The notes beneath the pieces were generated by a model. That model worked only from the letters and a program-made list of their open reading frames with translations. It was not told where the DNA came from and did no database searches. A stretch of 20,545 bases of DNA from contig JAZRWA010000001.1 of NCBI GenBank assembly GCA_045599485.1, forward strand, positions 1-20,545. Reading direction: 5' to 3'. Shown here in pieces: positions 16,214-20,545 of the stretch; position 1 is the first letter of the stretch, and each line of letters begins with the position of its first letter. A program made the position numbers and the translations under genes. Source of the DNA: Clostridia bacterium. GTDB lineage: Bacteria; Bacillota; Clostridia; Christensenellales; Aristaeellaceae.

Positions 16214-17170
16214 TCAAAAAGGGATAAAAACATTGCTTCGAAACATTTCACGAATTTTCTCGTATCGTTCGCCTTCTCGCCATCCTCCCTGCGTTACGTA
16301 CGATGTTGAATCCACCCGACAATGCGGCAGCGCCTTTTTAATCGTCTTCACCTTATCGGGATTTACGGGATATCTTTCGTCATAACAGTTGCTGTTATAC
16401 ATCCAGAGTCGCTCCAATGACTTCAAACCATACAATGGTGTAAAATCGGATATCTTATTGAAGCATATGTTCAAATCAAGCAAATTCTGTAACTCCGATA
16501 GTGCCGAGAGATCTGTAATAACATTGGTAAAAAGTTCCAAGTACTGCAATTCGTGCAAAGAAGAGATTGGAGTAATATCCGCCACCGAATTTCTTCCAAT
16601 GATCAGGACCCGCAAATTCGGCATACTGTAAAGAAACGAAAGGTCGGCACAAGCATTATGTCCGATGTCCAAAGCCATCATGTTTTTGCAAAACCGAAGA
16701 GCAGCAAAATCTCGGTCCGTATGTTCCGGTGACTTATTGCTATGCAGTGTCGAGAAAACCAGGTCATCCGTTCTCACTACGTGATTGTGTTTTGAATTGC
16801 CGATATATATCGTCCATCCAAACTCTACTTTAGGATACCGTTCCGCCAGATACTCCACTTTATCAACGGGAATGACCGTGGAAAACATATCCACCTTTTT
16901 CAAAAAGGGCATACCATCCAAAAACTTAATAAAAGATGCGTAATCGCTGACGATGGTATCCCCCATATCAATAAATTCTGAATTACGCACAACCGTCACT
17001 GATTCAAAGGTGACATAGTCATCAAAGCTCGGCACAAGCGAATTTAATTCCGTCAAAGGCTCCGGCCCCGTTTGCCACATACGTGAAAGAAGTTCCATAT
17101 CAATATCTTCAATCGCCAATGCCGGAATTGCAGATGCCAGAAAAAGCAATAAGACCAATAACTTTTTCAT
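16214..17170 (-). CDS. Secreted leucine-rich repeat (LRR) domain protein
   Basis: It has a signal peptide (MKKLLVLLLFLASAIPALA) and tandem ~22-aa LRRs (LDIGHNACADLSFLYSMPNLRVLIIGRNSVADITPISSLHELQYLELFTNVITDLSALSELQNLLDLNICFNKISDFTPL). Stop is TGA. Confidence 0.8.
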   Translation of the reverse strand: MKKLLVLLLFLASAIPALAIEDIDMELLSRMWQTGPEPLTELNSLVPSFDDYVTFESVTVVRNSEFIDMGDTIVSDYASFIKFLDGMPFLKKVDMFSTVIPVDKVEYLAERYPKVEFGWTIYIGNSKHNHVVRTDDLVFSTLHSNKSPEHTDRDFAALRFCKNMMALDIGHNACADLSFLYSMPNLRVLIIGRNSVADITPISSLHELQYLELFTNVITDLSALSELQNLLDLNICFNKISDFTPLYGLKSLERLWMYNSNCYDERYPVNPDKVKTIKKALPHCRVDSTSYVTQGGWREGERYEKIREMFRSNVFIPF

Positions 17171-17187
17171 AACCGATCCAACGTTTT

Positions 17188-18042
17188 TTATTTAACGGAA
17201 AAAGTGCCATTGGCAATGCTCTGCTGTCCTTTGCTGTTGATTATCTTTCCTTCTGCTTCCACATAAATTTTGCCGCCGGTAATGGAAAGATCAGTGGCGG
17301 ACTGAATGCCGTCATCCCCGCTCGTGATGATGATGTTACCGCCCGCAATATACACATAGCCCTTGCCGGTCTTATCATCCGTATCCGCCTTGATGCCATC
17401 TCCTGTGGCGTTCAGCACCAGCGTTCCATCCTTGATGGCAACGGAGTCATTGCCCTTGAGGGCATTCTTGGCAGCGTTTACAGTGATCATGCCTGAAACA
17501 ATATGCAGATCGTTCTTGGTGCCGATGCCATTGCCCATGTTGCCGTTCACCACCAGCTCGCCGCTGCCGTTGATGCACAGGTCATCTTTTGCATACACGC
17601 AGGCATTGGGCTGCTTTTCCAGCACCATCGTGTACACCGCGGCATCTGTCAGCGTATTGACAGACCCCTCCGCCAACGTGACCTTGCACTTGTCCGCGGA
17701 AACAACGTAAATGGGAGCGCTGTTGGTGCAGGTAAGCGTCAGACCGTTGAGCACCAGATGCACCTTGTCATTCTTGTCAACCTCTACCTGAACGCTGCCA
17801 TTGGCGCACTCACCGCTGAGCAGATAGGTACCCGCAGCATGGATGTACACGGTGGTGCCATCCACAGCAGCGCCGCTGCCGTTCACGAGCACACCGCTTT
17901 GGGAAAACGTGATGGTGACCGCATCTTTCCAGGAAGCGTCCAGATCGTATTTTGTGAAGACATCGGAGTAGTCTGCTGCGATAGCGGTGCTGAGCATCAT
18001 GCAGGAAAAGAGAATACTAATAATGGCACTCAGTTTTTTCAT
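17188..18042 (-). CDS. Secreted carbohydrate-binding beta-helix protein (Cthe_2159 / PF14262-like)
   Basis: GGAGG lies 7 nt before the ATG at 18040-18042. It has a signal peptide (MKKLSAIISILFSCMMLSTAIA) and repetitive G/N/V/T-rich beta-strand repeats (VVNGNMGNGIGTKNDLHI, GDGIKADTDD, GDDGIQSATDL). This family commonly neighbours CotH genes. The family assignment is from memory of its sequence character, not from a search. Confidence 0.65.
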   Translation of the reverse strand: MKKLSAIISILFSCMMLSTAIAADYSDVFTKYDLDASWKDAVTITFSQSGVLVNGSGAAVDGTTVYIHAAGTYLLSGECANGSVQVEVDKNDKVHLVLNGLTLTCTNSAPIYVVSADKCKVTLAEGSVNTLTDAAVYTMVLEKQPNACVYAKDDLCINGSGELVVNGNMGNGIGTKNDLHIVSGMITVNAAKNALKGNDSVAIKDGTLVLNATGDGIKADTDDKTGKGYVYIAGGNIIITSGDDGIQSATDLSITGGKIYVEAEGKIINSKGQQSIANGTFSVK

Positions 18043-18123
18043 TGGGAATCCTCCGCACTCATCCATTTGGCTTTTTATGTGATTGCCTTTTATTATTCGT
18101 TCGCAAGAACTGCTCACCGGGGC

Positions 18124-19581
18124 TTAGTCTTTTTGTAGAAAACCCATCATGCTGGAAATATCACGGCACTCCGAATCGGTCACATTTTCGACGCGGTTGA
18201 TCAGGTCGCCCTGAAACCACATGAAGATGCTTCTGCCGCCATCCAGGTTGAAGGCCTCCACGCTGCCCATGTCCAGCATGTGCTCCGCCAGCCAGGCCGG
18301 CGTACAGCCCTTGGAGGTCGTAATACGCCCTCGAACTAGCAGGATCTGATAATGACAGGGTTCAACCATACCAATGGCCATTCTTGGATGTTTTTCGGTA
18401 AAGTAAGCACCCTTTTCTGTGTACAGGGAAGGATTGATCTCTCCATCCCGAATCAGGATCGGACCGAAGGCATAAGTATCCTTCACACCCATTGCAATGT
18501 ATTCATCGGCGGTGTGTTCATCATTGATATAAGTTTTCATCGTACCATCGGGATAGATAGCAAGCACATCCAGACGCGGCCAGCTTTTTGTTGTGGCACT
18601 GAGAGTTTTGCTGTTGAGAATGACTCCGTCCCGGATGACAATGCCGTTTTTGCTTCCGTATTCCGCGCGATAGCCAAACACGTCATCGCTGATGGCAAAG
18701 ATGGCGTCATATTGTTTCATGATTTCCTGTGGGCCTACAAGGTTGTAGCCGTCCGCCTTTTTTCCTTTAGCCAGCATGGAGGTGGGCAGATTGTCCGGTG
18801 TACAGTAAATCTCGCACTCCAGATAGGTCATCAGCGGTTCCAGCGTTTTATAATTGCGGATCTCGATATGCAGATCCTGGGAAATGTAATACCACAGACC
18901 ATCATCGCGGTCAGCGTAAACAAAAGGCTCTGCGTCAGGATCTGCAAGGAAATGCTCGCTGTTCATTTCCGGCAGCTCGACCACGGTGGTCGGTCCCTGC
19001 GGAATGGCTGCCGGGTTAGGCAGAGTAAAAAGCGACTCCAGATCCTCGCTTGTCAGGTAACCGGTCACATCGACACCCAAATACTTCTGAAACTGTTTGA
19101 AGACATCCAAAGTGTAATCATTCAATTTTACGCTGGTCGCTTTATCGGTAAAAAATTTCCAATCAAACAGCATTTGCTTGGCTGCCAGCACATCATCGCC
19201 ATAGCAGCCTGCATAAAAATCACGGTAGCCGTTGGCATCCGTTTCTGCCAGTTCAACCGCTTGTCCGTTCAGGGTATCACCGTTCTTTTTGCTGTATGCA
19301 TTATCCGAAAAAATCAGTTCCTGTAAGGCCGGGGATACCTCCTCCGTTTCCTCCAATCCACAGTCACTTTCAAACTGTTTGATGCGTTTGAGTGTATCCG
19401 CGGTAAACTTTTCATCAAGGTCGTTCGATTTATAATAGCCGAGCGTATACAGACGCTGCTTCAGCTTTTTGACGTCATCGCCATTGTTGCCCACTTTAAG
19501 CGTGCGGTAAGTTGCTGCCGTAGCAATGCTGCACAAGAGCAACAAAATTGCGATAATACACAACATCATGATCTTTTTCAT
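18124..19581 (-). CDS. Secreted protein with two peptidoglycan-binding (PG_binding_1-like) repeats and a C-terminal phosphodiester glycosidase (NAGPA/DUF2233) domain
   Basis: It has a signal peptide (MKKIMMLCIIAILLLLCSIATA). The two PG-binding-like repeats read LKVGNNGDDVKKLKQRLYTLGYY... and YAGCYGDDVLAAKQMLFDWKFF.... The C-terminal FNLDGGRS motif is typical of the phosphodiester glycosidase family. Stop is TAA. Confidence 0.8.
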   Translation of the reverse strand: MKKIMMLCIIAILLLLCSIATAATYRTLKVGNNGDDVKKLKQRLYTLGYYKSNDLDEKFTADTLKRIKQFESDCGLEETEEVSPALQELIFSDNAYSKKNGDTLNGQAVELAETDANGYRDFYAGCYGDDVLAAKQMLFDWKFFTDKATSVKLNDYTLDVFKQFQKYLGVDVTGYLTSEDLESLFTLPNPAAIPQGPTTVVELPEMNSEHFLADPDAEPFVYADRDDGLWYYISQDLHIEIRNYKTLEPLMTYLECEIYCTPDNLPTSMLAKGKKADGYNLVGPQEIMKQYDAIFAISDDVFGYRAEYGSKNGIVIRDGVILNSKTLSATTKSWPRLDVLAIYPDGTMKTYINDEHTADEYIAMGVKDTYAFGPILIRDGEINPSLYTEKGAYFTEKHPRMAIGMVEPCHYQILLVRGRITTSKGCTPAWLAEHMLDMGSVEAFNLDGGRSIFMWFQGDLINRVENVTDSECRDISSMMGFLQKD

Positions 19582-19627
19582 CAATCGTTATCCCCCACAC
19601 ACAGAAGAAATCTCTGCATATCTTTGA

Positions 19628-20545
19628 TTACTTACTTTGAAAAACCCATTCGCTCTGAATGCGGAAATTGAGCAGATACATGACCACATCGATCACGCAT
19701 TTGAGCAGCAGGTGCAGGAAGGCGGCACCGGTCACAAAGTGATCCAGAACGGCAAACAAAAGCGTGGTCAGGATCAGGCAGACGGCTGCCAGCACAGCAT
19801 AGCGCCCCGCCGCCCCCTTGGAGGATTTGACCTGGAAGGAAAAGCTTTTGTTCATCAGGAAGTTGAACGGGGAGGAGCACAGGCGGGCGATGGGGGTGGC
19901 ATACAGCGCTTTTGCGCTGAAGACGATGCCAAGCAGCTTCACGTCGGCTGTGTCTCTGAACACCAGGAAGTACAGCAACGACAGCACCGCGTAATCGATA
20001 AGAAAGCTCACGATGCTGACCGCCGCGAAGCGGAAGAAGGAGCCCAGCATCAGCTTGTAAATGCGCCAGGAATCGCGGATGGGGTGGAAGTGGGAGGATT
20101 TGTTTTCCTCCAGATAGATCGTTTCGATGGGGATGACCTTGAATGCGATCTTGTGGTGGGAGCAATAGATCAGCTGGTTCATCTCATATTCAAAACGGTC
20201 ACCGGCAATGTTGAGCATATCGGCAAACACATTGCGGGTAAAGCCGCGCAGACCGGTCTGTGTATCGGGCAGGTAGGAGCCGTAAAGCAGCTTGAACACC
20301 GCCGAGGTGGTGCGGTTGCCAAAGCGGCTGCGGGAGGGAATGTTGGTGTTGGCCGGCGAAAAATCGCGGCTGCCCAGCAGCAGTTCCCGGGAGTTTTCCT
20401 GCATGGCTTCCGCCAGCAGCAGCGTATCGGGGGCGGTATGCTGACCGTCGGCGTCGGCGGTGATGACGCCCTTGCAGCTTGTTTTATTCAAAAGATACTC
20501 CACGCCGGTACGCAGCGCCTGACCCTTGCCGCGGTTGACCTCATG
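19628..20545 (-). CDS. Bifunctional glycosyltransferase family 2 / GtrA-like membrane protein, 5'-truncated by the window edge
   Basis: The frame is open to the window end (HEVNRGKGQALRTGVEYLL...ADADGQHT...QTGLRGF). The C-terminal four hydrophobic helices resemble GtrA (FFRFAAVSIVSFLIDYAVL...). Stop is TAA at 19628-19630. Confidence 0.85.
   Translation of the reverse strand, partial: HEVNRGKGQALRTGVEYLLNKTSCKGVITADADGQHTAPDTLLLAEAMQENSRELLLGSRDFSPANTNIPSRSRFGNRTTSAVFKLLYGSYLPDTQTGLRGFTRNVFADMLNIAGDRFEYEMNQLIYCSHHKIAFKVIPIETIYLEENKSSHFHPIRDSWRIYKLMLGSFFRFAAVSIVSFLIDYAVLSLLYFLVFRDTADVKLLGIVFSAKALYATPIARLCSSPFNFLMNKSFSFQVKSSKGAAGRYAVLAAVCLILTTLLFAVLDHFVTGAAFLHLLLKCVIDVVMYLLNFRIQSEWVFQSK

Noticed and set aside
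1-20545. Mobile elements, prophage, CRISPR arrays or defence systems
   Set aside because: I found no integrase, transposase or recombinase, no phage structural genes, no direct-repeat/spacer arrays and no terminal inverted repeats. The AT-richer CotH/LRR patch has no flanking repeats or tRNA that would mark it as an island.

Overview
This window looks like an ordinary chromosomal segment from a moderately GC-rich Firmicutes/Clostridia-like bacterium. I found no integrase, transposase, tRNA, rRNA or CRISPR array. I call 17 protein-coding genes:
- a 5'-truncated LarC;
- an MBL-fold hydrolase and a class-III aminotransferase pair (- strand);
- a + strand operon of an RmlD-like reductase, a GNAT and a short UvrA paralog;
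- a CUT1-type sugar ABC importer (binding protein plus 2 permeases, no ATPase);
- a LysR regulator divergent from an FAD oxidoreductase and a D-2-hydroxyacid dehydrogenase;
- a - strand cell-surface operon: GT2/GtrA, PG-binding phosphodiester glycosidase, Cthe_2159-like beta-helix protein, LRR protein and CotH.

The main finding concerns the TAG codon. Five of these genes appear split or shortened in the standard-code ORF track. Every interruption is an in-frame TAG, 10 in total and 6 of them in the CotH gene. There are no frameshifts, and recognisable family motifs continue directly after each TAG. All 17 genes terminate at TAA (10) or TGA (7), and none at TAG. The simplest reading is that this organism decodes UAG as a sense codon (amber reassignment). 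Conserved-position comparisons favour Glu or Gln. The expected suppressor tRNA(CUA) and the release factor 1 status lie outside this window, so I could not examine them.
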